Positions 48,764-60,409 of a stretch of DNA of 64,000 nt are shown one piece after another. Where the stretch lies: contig CP000068.1 in the NCBI GenBank assembly GCA_000002445.1, positions 1,472,001 through 1,536,000 of the forward strand. Reading direction: 5' to 3'. The position numbers and the translations under genes were made by a program. Source of the DNA: Trypanosoma brucei (Eukaryota). How positions within the stretch are numbered: position 1 is the first letter of the stretch; every line of letters starts with the position of its first letter. The notes under the pieces are model-generated. The model saw only the letters and a program-made list of their open reading frames with translations, had not been told where the DNA came from and ran no database searches.

Positions 48764-50365
48764 TTATAAAATTAAGCAAAAATCCTTATAATTCTCAAAT
48801 GCTACCAAACCCACAAAAGCAGCAGAAACCACGCTGAAAGCGATTTTCTTATCGGGGAGAAAACTGGAATCATGGCACATTTCTTTTTCGGGCTCAGGTT
48901 CACCACCATTACCCTTCCTCCATGCACAATTTTGCTTGTCGCCTGTTTTGTCATTTTCACAAGCGAGTTTATCTTTGTGCGCTGTACACCTATTTGTAGC
49001 TGCTGCTTCCCCTGCTTGGTTTCCTGTTGTTTCTGCTGTGTTTTCCTTTACTGGTTTAGGTTTGCAACTGTTACCATCTGTGGCCTTCTCATCATACTCG
49101 CAGTGCTCGGTTGGGCATTCGGTGGGGGTTGTATTTTGCGGTTTGCATTTCCCCTCTTCTGCTTGCTGGGTTCTGCGGTCGAGTGTAGGGGGTGCTGGAG
49201 GAAATTCTGTTAGTGCCGGCTGGCGCCCAAGAACTTTCAGAGCTGCTATTTGTTGCCGCGCCTCTGCCTGCAGTAGGTGCACTGCCCTGTTGTGTTTGTT
49301 GACCTTGCCGATGTCATTGCTGAGGTTGATGATCTTGCTTACCCATGGAAGCTGCTTGAATTTAGTGTCATCATCTGATGTCAGACCGCTTATTTTTACA
49401 CAGAAACCGTTTGCGTTGTGGCCTTGGCAGTTCCCTGTCTTGAATGTTCTTAGGTAGCCGTTGCCGCTGTTTATGCTGATAGTTGAGTAAATGTCTCTTA
49501 GTGTATTTACCAGCAATTCGGGTGTGACCGTTGTGTCTTGCATCGCTGGACAGCCGTCGATTAGTGCCTTTACGTCTGTCATCTGTGGGCCGCCGGTTGC
49601 CGCTTCCCATTGGATTGCTGCGCCCGAGTGGTCGCAAATCTGATCGCCTGTTTGACCGTTACCTTTGATACACAGGCAGGCAAAGACGGCGCCTATAGTC
49701 GCCGCACCATTTGTGTTGTCTTTCGCTTCGCATGTTGTTTGCATGTTGGCTGCGGCCGCTGTTGCAAATAGGTTGTCTTTTATCGGTAACGTCAGGACAC
49801 CGTCCGCTGCTCCCGTTATCGCTGCTACTAGCTCTTTCTTTATGTCTTCCTTCGTGACCTGTTTGGTGTTTGTGATGTCATCCGCCAGTGCTGCTGCTTT
49901 TGCGTTCACTATCACTAGTGCTCGTTCGACAAATGTTTTGATGTACTTGGCGTTCGCTGGTGCTGCTGTTTGCAGATTAAACCTTTTCATTGTGCTCTTA
50001 TCTGTGTCTGCTTTTGCTAGTTTTGCTGCTTGCAGCCATCTGCCCCAGTTGTCTGACCATCCCGGGTTCGATTTCAGCTGGGTGGGTATCTCCGCTATGT
50101 CGTCTTTGTCGTTGCCGTCTTTGAAGAAGAGGTCCAACCACGTGGGATCGGAAAGCGTGGCGTTTATAGTTTCTAGGTCCGTCAGCTCCTGCGGCGTTAC
50201 TGGTAGTTGTGCTTCTGGTGCCGTCGGATTTCTTGCTAACCCTACAAATGTGCACAGTTTCTTGTAAACATAGCTGTTGTCAGCCGAACCTACATTGCCC
50301 TGGACGTTAGAAACTACGACCATCAGCTCGAAAAAAGCTAATTTGGCGGCGCTGTTTTGTTTCAT
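48764..50365 (-). CDS. VSG: Variant surface glycoprotein, an intact 533-aa ORF with an A-type N-domain and an atypical C-terminal extension.
   Basis: It has a signal peptide and 'SYVYKKLCTFVGLARN'. The C-terminus reads '...CHDSSFLPDKKIAFSVVSAAFVGLVAFENYKDFCLIL*', about 10 residues longer than the usual tail ending in ...LLF or ...VAF. The 16-mer region is degenerate ('agtgtattttaaattata'). Confidence 0.82.
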   Translation of the reverse strand: MKQNSAAKLAFFELMVVVSNVQGNVGSADNSYVYKKLCTFVGLARNPTAPEAQLPVTPQELTDLETINATLSDPTWLDLFFKDGNDKDDIAEIPTQLKSNPGWSDNWGRWLQAAKLAKADTDKSTMKRFNLQTAAPANAKYIKTFVERALVIVNAKAAALADDITNTKQVTKEDIKKELVAAITGAADGVLTLPIKDNLFATAAAANMQTTCEAKDNTNGAATIGAVFACLCIKGNGQTGDQICDHSGAAIQWEAATGGPQMTDVKALIDGCPAMQDTTVTPELLVNTLRDIYSTISINSGNGYLRTFKTGNCQGHNANGFCVKISGLTSDDDTKFKQLPWVSKIINLSNDIGKVNKHNRAVHLLQAEARQQIAALKVLGRQPALTEFPPAPPTLDRRTQQAEEGKCKPQNTTPTECPTEHCEYDEKATDGNSCKPKPVKENTAETTGNQAGEAAATNRCTAHKDKLACENDKTGDKQNCAWRKGNGGEPEPEKEMCHDSSFLPDKKIAFSVVSAAFVGLVAFENYKDFCLIL

Positions 50366-51124
50366 CGCTTGGCTGCGACGGTGTTTTTATTCGGGAGTTG
50401 CAGGTCCAACGGCTGAATTTGTTGAGTTTTGCTAGTTGTGTGTCGGCTCCAGCGCTGCTCTTAATATCTGGGGTTTTGTGCTAGCTTGCCTGCTGCAGTT
50501 GCTTTTTTTCTAATTATAATATGCCTTTTTTTCTGTTTGTACCTTGCTGTGTTGGTGCTGTAAGGTCGTGCGGCAGCCTCTTTGGATGGTCTTTATTATT
50601 CTTTTTGCCATTTTGTAGTTTTTGAAAAGTTAACTAGCCTATATGCCGAGCGTAAAGGGTGCTTGATCGTGGATTTGACGTCGTGCTGTGCAACCACGTG
50701 GTAATCAAATAAAAGCGCGGTCAGCTGAGCAGTCTTAGAAGCTTTTCATGGTTTGAAAACCGCTGCTTAGTCTAGTTTTTCTAGAATTGGGTATAAATGT
50801 CTTACAGTAAGCATCTTCTACTTTAGACGAGTCAAATTGAAGCTATAACGTCACTAAAAGGGCCGCAACTAGTTACTGATCTATCAGCGTTTACGGACAC
50901 ATTTTTTTTCTGATGCTTTATTACACAGTACGACAAAGACGTGCCGCCGCTTTTGCGGTCAGTTGCTCAGTCGTACTTTTCTCCTGCTTGTGTCTGTAGA
51001 CAATAGCGGAAATAAATATGTTAAATACAGGAACTTTAAACATGGCTTGTCTACATATCGCTCACTTTAACTGTATAAACATATGGCTACCATGACTTAA
51101 ACTCTTTTTTTACAATTTTCCATT

Positions 51125-52156
51125 TTAAATTCTAACATATATATATATATATATATATGTCTGTTGTATATATAATATGTGGCTCCGTTTTATCGTCATC
51201 CCGTTGTACCTGCTCCTGCGATAGTGCCGAGTACATAGTCGTGGTTGGTCTGGGTACAGTCTTTGTGCGTGAGCGGCGCTGCTATGATAGTTGGCTCCGG
51301 CGCCAGCGATGCTTAGTTTACTGTTGGCGCTATTGCTCCTTGAGAACAAGCTGCCTTTAGTTTGTTGCACTATTATTTAAAGTTAACCGCTCCTGCACTG
51401 ATAGATTTGCCGGAGTTTCCGGTTTCCGCATAGTCGCCGCAGCAAGCTTTGCCACCACTTGTATCGGGTACACCTTTGTTGACGCATAGAAAAATCGCAT
51501 CCTGTAGCAAGTTGCTGCCAGGTTTGGTTTCCGTCGTGCGTGAGGTCTGCAAGCACAATTTGGTTCTGTCCCTCCAGCACCCTCCGAAGGTTAGGTGGAA
51601 ACTTTTTGAGCTTGCTGCTGTGTTTCCATGGACTGCTTTGTTCAGCACTGCAGTTACTGCTGTTGGTTCTAACTGAGCTTTAAGCCCTTGAATTTCGTCG
51701 TTTAAGCTAAGTACTTGCTGCGCTAGTTGCGCTACCCGAGCTTGCGCTACCGACATCCCCTTGTGCTTTAGACATGGTGCGCACACAGCCTTGTTAGCAC
51801 CTGAAAGTTCCTGTTTCCTCTTTACCCAGGTGTCATGGAAGTTGTCCCATCCTTTACTGTTGCTTTGCAATCAGTATTCGCTGAATCTCACGGTTTCGTG
51901 ACTTCTATTCTATTGGTGAACGCATTGTCACTTACTTTCAGATTGATTGCTGAAACTGTCCTCAAGATAGAGTCCACTTCGGCCGATTGCTGTAATTGCC
52001 TAGGTCTAACGGTTGCAAGCCTGATGACTTCACACAGGGCGCAAATGCTGCATTGTTCTCGCTTGCTGCCGAGTTAGCTGTGGTTTTGCCTACGCTAGCA
52101 ATGATTACTGCCGCACAAAATTTCGCTTGCATATTGTTTACTGTGGAAGAACACAA
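51125..52156 (-). pseudogene. VSG: VSG N-terminal-domain-only fragment (A-type), frameshifted and lacking the C-terminal half.
   Basis: ORF 51962-52156 has the signal 'MQAKFCAAVIIASVGKTTA...AAFAPCVKSSGLQP'. ORF 51373-51870 has '...GWDNFHDTWVKRKQEL...LSLNDEIQGLKAQLE...AIFLCVNKG...GKACCGDYAE', which parallels the A-type VSG N-domain layout (compare VSG 20939-22540). Confidence 0.55.
51137..51160. repeat. (AT)12 microsatellite.
   Basis: 'atatatatatatatatatatatat'. Confidence 0.9.
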
Positions 52157-53496
52157 AGAACTTATTCAAGAGTAATTTAAGGTCGAGCTATAAAACAATG
52201 AGGTATTTATTTTTACAAATTTAGGTTTTTATAGCCTTTTCGACATCAATTTAAAAAATGTATTTTTTGTAAACAGAGACTGCCAAATAATGTTGTTTCT
52301 GAAGGATTTAGTGTAAATGGAGATAAATGCCTGACACATTAAAATGTGCAAATTACGATAATAAATCATTGTATTTTTCATATGTTAAAATTGTGAAAAT
52401 ATTGGTTTTACACACATTGATCAATGAATATCATTACATAAATTTTGTTTTTCGAGAAATTTATACTTTTACTTACAATTTAAATTGGTCTATTTATACA
52501 CAATCTATGTTCTTCATTTATACCTTCAGTCCGTTAGCTCTAGAAAATAACGTGCATATTTCTAGAACTGAAAATTTTAAGGTTATGCTTTTAAGTGCTT
52601 TTTTTTCGTGATAATTATTCAACATGTACTGGTGAAATAACCATTTAGCACCGCTATTTCGTCACGGTGGCTGTTAGGCTCCTGTTTATTATCTTTATTC
52701 TGGCTTTTTGGTGGCTGCTTTCGCTATCCTTGTACGCTGCAATTTTTTTAATTATCCCTATTAAATAAGGTTTGCTCTGGGTATTAATATTTATCCCTGG
52801 ATCAGTGAATTTCGTTAATTTCTCACCTGTATTCCAGTGTTAAACTGATACATTTTTAATGTTAATTATAAACTTCATTGAGGGTCTCTAAAACTTTATA
52901 TATGTGTTATTTTACGAAGATTACACGTTCTTGTTTTTTTGTTGTTCACAGTAATCCATTAGTTGTCCTTGATTTAAAATAATTCTTCCAATAATATTAT
53001 ATTGTTTCCAACAAATACTGTCCGTTATTGCTTGATATAATGAGAATATTACTTACATATTACCTTATCCATTCCTACTGTTGTCCTTCTGGTTTCTCTT
53101 GTTCACAGCTGGACATTAGGATCCTCCAATAAATTAAAAGCCGCAATAGTTATAACATCTGGAGTAAAATCAATTCATTTTTTTGAGAAAAATATCTGTC
53201 TCTCCAGTGTAAACAGTAGAAGCCTCCGTTTCTTCTGAAAATCCTCTGCTATTCCAGCCTTCAACAACTTTTCTGCTATATCAGGTACAAACATTGCTGT
53301 TTGTCTTTCTGACCCTTTTCTCCCACGTATTTCTTCTCTGTCCAGAGCTGCTGTAGATACAGTGCTTTTATTTCCTTTTATACGTTTAGTGATTTCTACA
53401 TGCATCCTTATAGTTTATGTCGCCACAATTTCAACTCTCGTTTCAGGACAGCTATCACTGTCCATTCAAAAGGCTATATGCACTCACAACGCACTT

Positions 53497-53795
<299 letters not shown>

Positions 53796-54094
53796 ATGGG
53801 AAATAAAAATAAATTAATATATTACTCATTTTAATATACAATCACCCCACTGGTGTACACACATGCCTCTGTCATACCAAAGTTTTACAAGTGAAGTTTT
53901 TCAAAATTTTCAATGAATTGCACAACTTGCAAAGGGTTGACAAAAAGTGTTATAATATATCATATTTAAAAAACATTTAAATTTTTTTTCAAAATAGCAA
54001 TTTTTATAAATTTTTATAAGTCTCATAAACTTGAGAAAAAGCTTTTACAAATGATTCGTAAAACTTTTATGCTAGAAGAAAAATTACAAGCAAA

Positions 54095-54235
54095 AAAGAG
54101 GTCTTAATTAGAACAGAATTTATTCTTGAGTTTTTGTAGGGTTTCTATCATTTCCACCAGTTTGCGCTTCTTTTCCTACTTCCTTCTTGATTTCCTCACT
54201 TAATGTGCACATTTTTCCCTAGACGGCTTTTAGGT
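54095..54235 (-). pseudogene. VSG: VSG 3' stub, about 45 C-terminal codons, degenerate.
   Basis: The reverse complement encodes '...GKMCTLSEEIKKEVGKEAQTGGNDRNPTKTQE*'. A VSG-type 3'UTR with the near-perfect 16-mer 'gtgttataatatatca' lies at 53937-53952. Confidence 0.6.
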
Positions 54236-55325
54236 TAAAAACGTACCTCCGGAAGTTGAGCACCCTTGGCCGGGGTGTGCCAGCGTCAGATGGCGCTGCC
54301 GAAGTTTAATTGCTAATTATAATTATCAGCTGTTCCCCAATATGAGTATTTTTAAATTTATTTCCTCTTTAAAAGCAAATCGTTTCCCGCAGCGAAAGTG
54401 CCACGCGGCAGCGTTTTTGAAAAAAAAAAATTTGCTAGCCGCGTGCACCGCAAAACGCAAAGCTGAAATTCACGAAAGTAAAATAAACATAGGCGTAACG
54501 ATGTGAAGCTGAAAATAAAAAGAAAAAAGAAGCGCGGATAGCTCCAGTGGAAATAAGTGCCAGCCTTGTGCTTAAATAAAAAAAAAGAGCTGCATCACTA
54601 AAAAAATACAAATTTTTTTAGTGATATGAAGCAATCCAGGACGGAGGTGTGGAAAAAAAATTAATTAGCAGTCAGAGGAAAATTAACCCGATAACCCGAA
54701 ACACTCTAACCCTAACCCTGACCCTGACCCGAACCCGCTAACCCGAAACAGCCTGACCCGAAACACCCGCGCAAAAATGGGCAAAGAAAAAGTTGAGTGC
54801 TAAAACAAAAAAATTTAAAAAATCAAATCGCAAAAAAAAAATAAAAAAATCAAAATAAAAAACCAAAAACCGCGCAAAAACCGAAAATTAAAAGAAAAGA
54901 TTAAAAAAAATTTAAAAAATTGGAGCTTCGCGGGGTCGTGGGGGGGGGGAGGAGGGTTAGGGTCCGCATAACAAAAGAGCCGGTGCACGACTAAAGAAAA
55001 AAAAATTTAAAAAAACACAAAAAAATAAATTAAAAGCCAGCGCAACACAAAACTGCCGCTGCATCACTAATATGAAAAAAAGAAATTAAACGTCAGTGAA
55101 AAAAAGGAGGATCTGCTGCATCACTAAAAGAAAAAACTAAAACAATCCGCGATGGAGGTGTGAGTTGAAAAAAAAATTAATTAGCAGGAAGAGAGAAAAA
55201 TTAACCCTAACCGAGTAACCCTAAGCCTAATCCTAATCCTAACCCTAACCCTAACCCTAACTAACTAACCTAACCTAATTAACCACCCCCCCCATTCCTA
55301 CCTACCCCCCCCCCCACTTCCACAA
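54235..55325. repeat. A-rich low-complexity block containing an internal ~520-bp tandem duplication and two degenerate telomere-hexamer tracts (CCCTAA/CCCTGA on +, about 54700-54775 and 55205-55320). It is paralogous to 44885-45740.
   Basis: 'gctgcatcacta' occurs three times (54588, 55058, 55116). Each copy is followed by '...ggaggtgtg(g/a)...aaaaattaattagcag...aaaattaaccc' and then by 'taaccctaaccctgaccctgacccgaacccgctaacccg' in the first unit or 'taaccctaagcctaatcctaatcctaaccctaaccctaaccctaactaac' in the second. G-runs lie at 54930 and C-runs at 55290-55315. Confidence 0.65.
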
Positions 55326-55435
55326 AAAAAAACGGGAAAAGAAGGGAAAAAATTTTAAGTTATCAGAAAAAATTTCTAGACAATCAGACAGTCAACTTAC
55401 AAAAAACAGCTCAATTTTTTCGGCGGAATTTAAAA

Positions 55436-55451
55436 GTGTTAAAATATATCA
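55436..55451 (-). promoter_or_regulatory. VSG 3'UTR 16-mer, a perfect match.
   Basis: 'gtgttaaaatatatca'. Confidence 0.7.
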
Positions 55452-55508
55452 GAAAGTTTTTCAAGGAGCAAATTTTTAGCAAATTTCTTTTAAAAAGAGG
55501 GGAGGGAT

Positions 55509-56969
55509 TTAAAAAAGCAAAAATGCAAGCAAAAGAGGGGCCTTGTTAATGACAAAAGAATTGCTTCCTGTGGTGTTTGTGTTTCCAGTTTTGCTATCTT
55601 TCTCTCCTCCCTCTTTCTGAGCTGCTTCTTTCTCTTCATCACTCAATGTGCACTTTTTGCCATCCTCTTTCGTTTTATCATAAGTGCATCTGTTATTCGT
55701 GTCACAATCACTTTTTTCTTTCAAGTCGTTACAAGTTTGTTCTGCGGATTTTACATCCTGTTGCTTTTCAGTTGCTTGTGCTTGTAACTTAGCAACTTGG
55801 TCCGCCATTTGTTGCTTGTGTTTCACCTCCAGTATTTTGTAAAAAGCCAAAGTTACTTGTAAGATGCCAGCATCGTTTATTTCTTTGATTTTCGTATTGG
55901 TAGTGGCGCTTGGATCGACGTTGATCGCGTCTGCCTCATCTAGCTTGTTCAAAAAGCTTTTCACCTTTTCACCAGCCTCTCCAAAGTTCTCCTTGATTAG
56001 CACTTCGGCTTTGTCCTCCGCTTGTTTGCCGGCTTGTTTGCCGTACAGCTTGTGAAGTAGTTTCGTTAGGTGTCCTTTGAGTTTGCCCGTTGTTACTGCT
56101 GCTTTGATTATCGCTTCTGGTTCATGTGCGAGCTGCTGCGTTATGGCCGCCCTTATCGTGTCTGCGTCATTGAAAGCGAGCGTTAGGAGGTCGTCTGCAT
56201 CTCTGTTGGTTTGCTTTTTCAGGTTCTGCTGGCTCGTCCGTGTCACCCGGTTTGTTGTGGCTATTTTGAATAGCCCATATCCAAAGTTTACGGCCGTGGC
56301 TCCGGTTACGAAGGCTCCTGTGCCTGCACCTGCGAAGTTGACTAGCCCGCACTTGGTTGACACACTGGTTGCCATCCCGTTAGTTCCGGTGATTTCGTCG
56401 ATAGTCTTGAATCCAGTCGCGCTGATTATATCGGCGTCTAACGTTTCGCTTGGGGTTTTCTTCATAGTTTTTGGTCTCTGCTCGCAGCCAGCTGTTGCTA
56501 TGTCGGCTGTCTTGTCCTCGTCGGTGTCGGTGTCTGCTAGACAGTATCCTCCGCTGTGCTTCGCGCTTTTGAATACCTGGAGGCTTGCTTCAATGCCGCC
56601 GGTTAGCTCCTGAGTCGTCGCAGTTGCTTCGAGTGCTGTCTTGATGAAGTTGCTTCTCTGCCGTTCGCTTGCGTCCGCTTCTTCGTAAATGGCTGCGGCT
56701 GCTGCTGATAGCAGTGCCGTCGTTTCGACGTCGGACTGCGTAGTTGCCGCGTACAGGTTTAACTTCGCCGCTGTTCGCTCTGCTGCTGTTATCGCGTCCT
56801 GCAGGTTGCTTTCGTGTGTGTACGCCATTACTGGGACTTTCCGCAGTTCTTTGGCTATCGCACACGGTGGTTTCCACGTTTTGCCAAGCAATGGTTCGCC
56901 GGTCGCTGAGGCCGTGTTGGCTGCCCACTTCGTCATTAGTATCATTAGAGCTGTCGTGGCAACGGACAT
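55509..56969 (-). CDS. VSG: Variant surface glycoprotein, an intact 486-aa ORF with a B-type N-domain.
   Basis: It has a signal peptide, 'GKTWKPPCAIAKELRKV', and the C-terminus '...CNDLKEKSDCDTNNRCTYDKTKEDGKKCTLSDEE...TGNTNTTGSNSFVINKAPLLLAFLLF*'. Confidence 0.88.
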   Translation of the reverse strand: MSVATTALMILMTKWAANTASATGEPLLGKTWKPPCAIAKELRKVPVMAYTHESNLQDAITAAERTAAKLNLYAATTQSDVETTALLSAAAAAIYEEADASERQRSNFIKTALEATATTQELTGGIEASLQVFKSAKHSGGYCLADTDTDEDKTADIATAGCEQRPKTMKKTPSETLDADIISATGFKTIDEITGTNGMATSVSTKCGLVNFAGAGTGAFVTGATAVNFGYGLFKIATTNRVTRTSQQNLKKQTNRDADDLLTLAFNDADTIRAAITQQLAHEPEAIIKAAVTTGKLKGHLTKLLHKLYGKQAGKQAEDKAEVLIKENFGEAGEKVKSFLNKLDEADAINVDPSATTNTKIKEINDAGILQVTLAFYKILEVKHKQQMADQVAKLQAQATEKQQDVKSAEQTCNDLKEKSDCDTNNRCTYDKTKEDGKKCTLSDEEKEAAQKEGGEKDSKTGNTNTTGSNSFVINKAPLLLAFLLF

Positions 56970-58537
56970 ATTGCCTTAGTTTTTTTAACCTGCAGCCGTT
57001 TTGTCCTCTTTACTGTCTCAGATGTGCCAACCTTATTGTAACACGATATAAATTTGGATTTTAGGAAGACCGTCACAACTGATGCCGATTTGTTTGGTAA
57101 TCAAGGTGTTTTTTTGCCAAAGCGGAACAGTTTCTTACAACGCCTTGCATTGCAGAAATACTTTATGCTGTTAAACAGTTAACGCCTGTACGAAAAAAAC
57201 TATGATATAGTATTTTCTTCGGTAAGCTGTCGAGGAAGCTGTTTCATCAGATAAATGTCAAAACGCCAAAAAAATATTAACAAGAAAGGAGCTTATTAGA
57301 AACAGCAAATTTAACGCTTGAAAAGGTTGTGCTGAAAGTGAATCGAGCCTTACAGGAGGAAAAAACACTATTTTGTTATTTAAAAAAAGTAGATCAACAA
57401 TATTTTTAGTTGTGTACTGTAAAACCCTTTTTGACGTATTTTCTTCCAATCGAGGTGTCGCGAACCTGCATGGCATCAGTATCTAAAAAAAAAATGTATT
57501 TTTGACTTCTCAAAAAATACCAATATATTTTGTCGTTGAATGAATTCGTTTCAATGGAGAAAAACAACAGGATCATTAGATCATGTAAATTATCACTATA
57601 AATGATTTTTTTAATTTGTTCAACCTACGAAAAGGTTGGTTTCCCCATATAATCCCATGGCAACCATGACGAATTTCGACCTTAAATTTTTTGACGAAAC
57701 ACAGTTTACTTTCAATTCTAATATCTTTCTGTGTTCATATCTGTTGCACCTCTTCTCCACCTTAGAAACTTCGCCACGGGCCGTCTTGAAGACTCTTTTT
57801 ATATTTATATATATGAAACACCTAAGGTTTTCGTTCCTCGGCGGTTTCTATCGTTTCCCAATTTGCAGCAGGTGGCTCGGTTTAGAATCCCAAGAAAAAG
57901 ATACTTCTGTATTTTTCCATGTGGCTTACCTTTTGCTTTTTGTTTCTATGATATTTATGCGTTTTGAGATTACGGCGTTTAAGGGCTCATACCTTGGTTC
58001 CTTAAAGCTCTGTCTTCTCTGATCTTTTTTTGTTAAAGCGTCATGTTAGACACGAATAAGAAACACCTCTTCTGTTAATTACTCGTTTCTTGAAGGGCCT
58101 TAATGACAGAATAGCATACCAAAACTTGAGTCTAAGAATATCGCTAGTGGTTCTTGCTACCCCAAAGATACATTTAAATTTTTCATACACGCGGTTTCTT
58201 ATTCTTTTCTTCTTGCCTTCTACTTGCACTTTAGTTAGCACAATCTCGTGTTGTTGTCGGTGTAGAAAGCGTAGAAGTTACATTTTTTCCCGGTGTCCTT
58301 GTGCACCTTGTTATGATCGCAACTTAAGACTCTTTGGTATTATGACGCCTAGCTTTTACTAAGGTTCACAATGAGTATATATTTCATCTCCACCGCTTTT
58401 TATATTACAGTGGCCCATTTAATAACAATAAAACCGTACTCAGTGTCACACTTACTCACTACTACAGAGCCATTTCCACTGTTTTAAGAGCTTATAGCGC
58501 CTGTAAACTCACTTTTGACAACCACTCCTGTTATAAT

Positions 58538-58672
58538 ATTCGTATATACACACACTCTCAACAACTTTCCTATCATTATCATCATCATCATTATCATTAT
58601 TACTGCTCTTATTATAATATTCGTATATACACACTCACAACACTCTCCTATTATTTTTTCATAACACCAACT
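58538..58672 (-). repeat. 70-bp repeats, about two units.
   Basis: 'ttataatattcgtatatacacacactctcaacaactttcctatcattatcatcatcatcattatcattattactgctcttattataatattcgtatatacacactcacaacactctcc'. Confidence 0.8.
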
Positions 58673-58959
58673 AATATACATAACATTAACAAAATGAACA
58701 GAATTAGAGTAGCATTCATTTTTTATACCCTATAACGTTACTATGTACCTATGTAGGTCATTATACACACTTTTCAATAATATCATTATTTTCATTAAGT
58801 TGCAATTTTTATCAAAAAGTGTTAAAACATATCAAATTTTAGTAAATTTAAAAATTCATCTAGATAGAAAACTTTTATAATTTTCAAATTTTCATAAATT
58901 TCATGATATTGAACGAGTATTTTTTAAATTATATCAAAATCACAAGGGTGGCAGTGGCA

Positions 58960-60409
58960 GTCCGAGTTAATTTCTTATTTGAAAGAAAACTAAAGACTTT
59001 GCACTTTTTTCTATCTCATTTGCAACCATCTTTGCACTCGGACCCAGTTTTTTTTCCGGAGCACTTTTTACCCTCTTTCGGTGCTTGTCCTGCTTCTACT
59101 GCTGTGTTTTCTGTCCTTCTCCATCTTTAGGTTTGCAGTGGTTTCCTGTTGTTTTTGTAGTGCTATCCCATTTGGACTTATTTTCTGTGCAGTTTGAGTT
59201 TGTTGTGTGGATATTACAGTGCTGTTGTTGTGCAACTGCTGGGTAGTTTTCAGATGCAGGAGGTTTTTCCAGTAGAAAGCGTTTGATTATCGCCATGGCT
59301 CTTTTTGGGTAGGAGCTCAGGACTGCGTTAGTTTTTTTCTGTATATTCGCTGTTTCATCGGCTTTCTTTAGTTTAGCTGCCGCCTGTCTAAGGTTCACCT
59401 CCCATGCTATTGCTTCTGGCATATCGCCGTTTTTGAATGGCGAGGATTTGGTGAAGTCCGCGCATGCGGTGTTCTCGATGTTCCTGCAATGATGTGTACC
59501 GGTGGTGCTGCCGACTACCATGGCCATGGCTCCGCCGTTCCCTGTTGTTTTGAACATGCCTTTTAGTGCCGCAATTTTTCTTTCTATTAGCTCCTCTGTC
59601 AGTTTTTCCGGTGGGTACTTGGCGCACACGCTGTGGATGGTGTCGTAGCCTGTTTTGTGCGACGTCGCGTCGTTTGCGGTTAGTTGCGGCGTCGCGCCAA
59701 TCCCACAGACATCAGTGTTTTGTGTCGCACCGAACTTGGAGCACACGCATGTCACAGTCGCGCAGAGCGCCTCCCCGACTGCTGGCAACGCGCAAAGGTC
59801 TTCTGTGTTGCCGGTCTTCGTTATTTTACACCTTTTGCTAGCGCTGTCATCGAGTGTCGGTGAGTTGTACGCTGCTTGGTTGAGGTCGGTTCTGATTTGC
59901 GCTTCCAAATTTTCTAAATTAGGTTTGTATTGTGTGTTGAATTCCTCTTGTAGCGCCGTTTTCTCTGCTATTAGTGTTTGTACTGTCAGCCGCACCGCTG
60001 ATGCTGCTGGTGTGTTTAGCAATCCGGTGGGTATTCTACTTTCTGGGCTAGTGGTCTCCTTTGTGGTGGCCTGGATGTTTAGATGCGCCCACTTTTTGAA
60101 CTCAGCTTCGCACTGTGGTTGATTGGTCTGCTCTTGACAGGCCGCTTTCTCTCCCATGTCCGCTTTTCCTTTGTTCGGGTATTTAGCACACCATTGACTT
60201 TCAGCTAATGCCATGTTTAATACTTCTAGCGCTTCAAGTGCTGCGGCGGTGGTTTCCAGCTTAGGAAGCGCCGACATGTCGGCGTCTGTGAGTTTGATTA
60301 GTTGACAGAGAGCTGAAAGCTCCGCTAGGTTCTGCGCCTGGTCGTCGGTTGCGTGGCTGCTTTGAGCCATCACGCATATTACTACGACGGAAAATATCCC
60401 TCGCTGCAT
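58960..60409 (-). pseudogene. VSG: VSG with a C-terminal-domain frameshift near 59096. The N-terminal 437 aa are intact.
   Basis: ORF 59096-60409 has the A-type 'LAELSALCQLIKLTDAD' and ends '...NHCKPKDGEGQKTQQ*'. The remaining C-terminal-domain coding sequence (58960-59100) is out of frame. The near-perfect 16-mer 'gtgttaaaacatatca' lies at 58819-58834. Confidence 0.78.
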
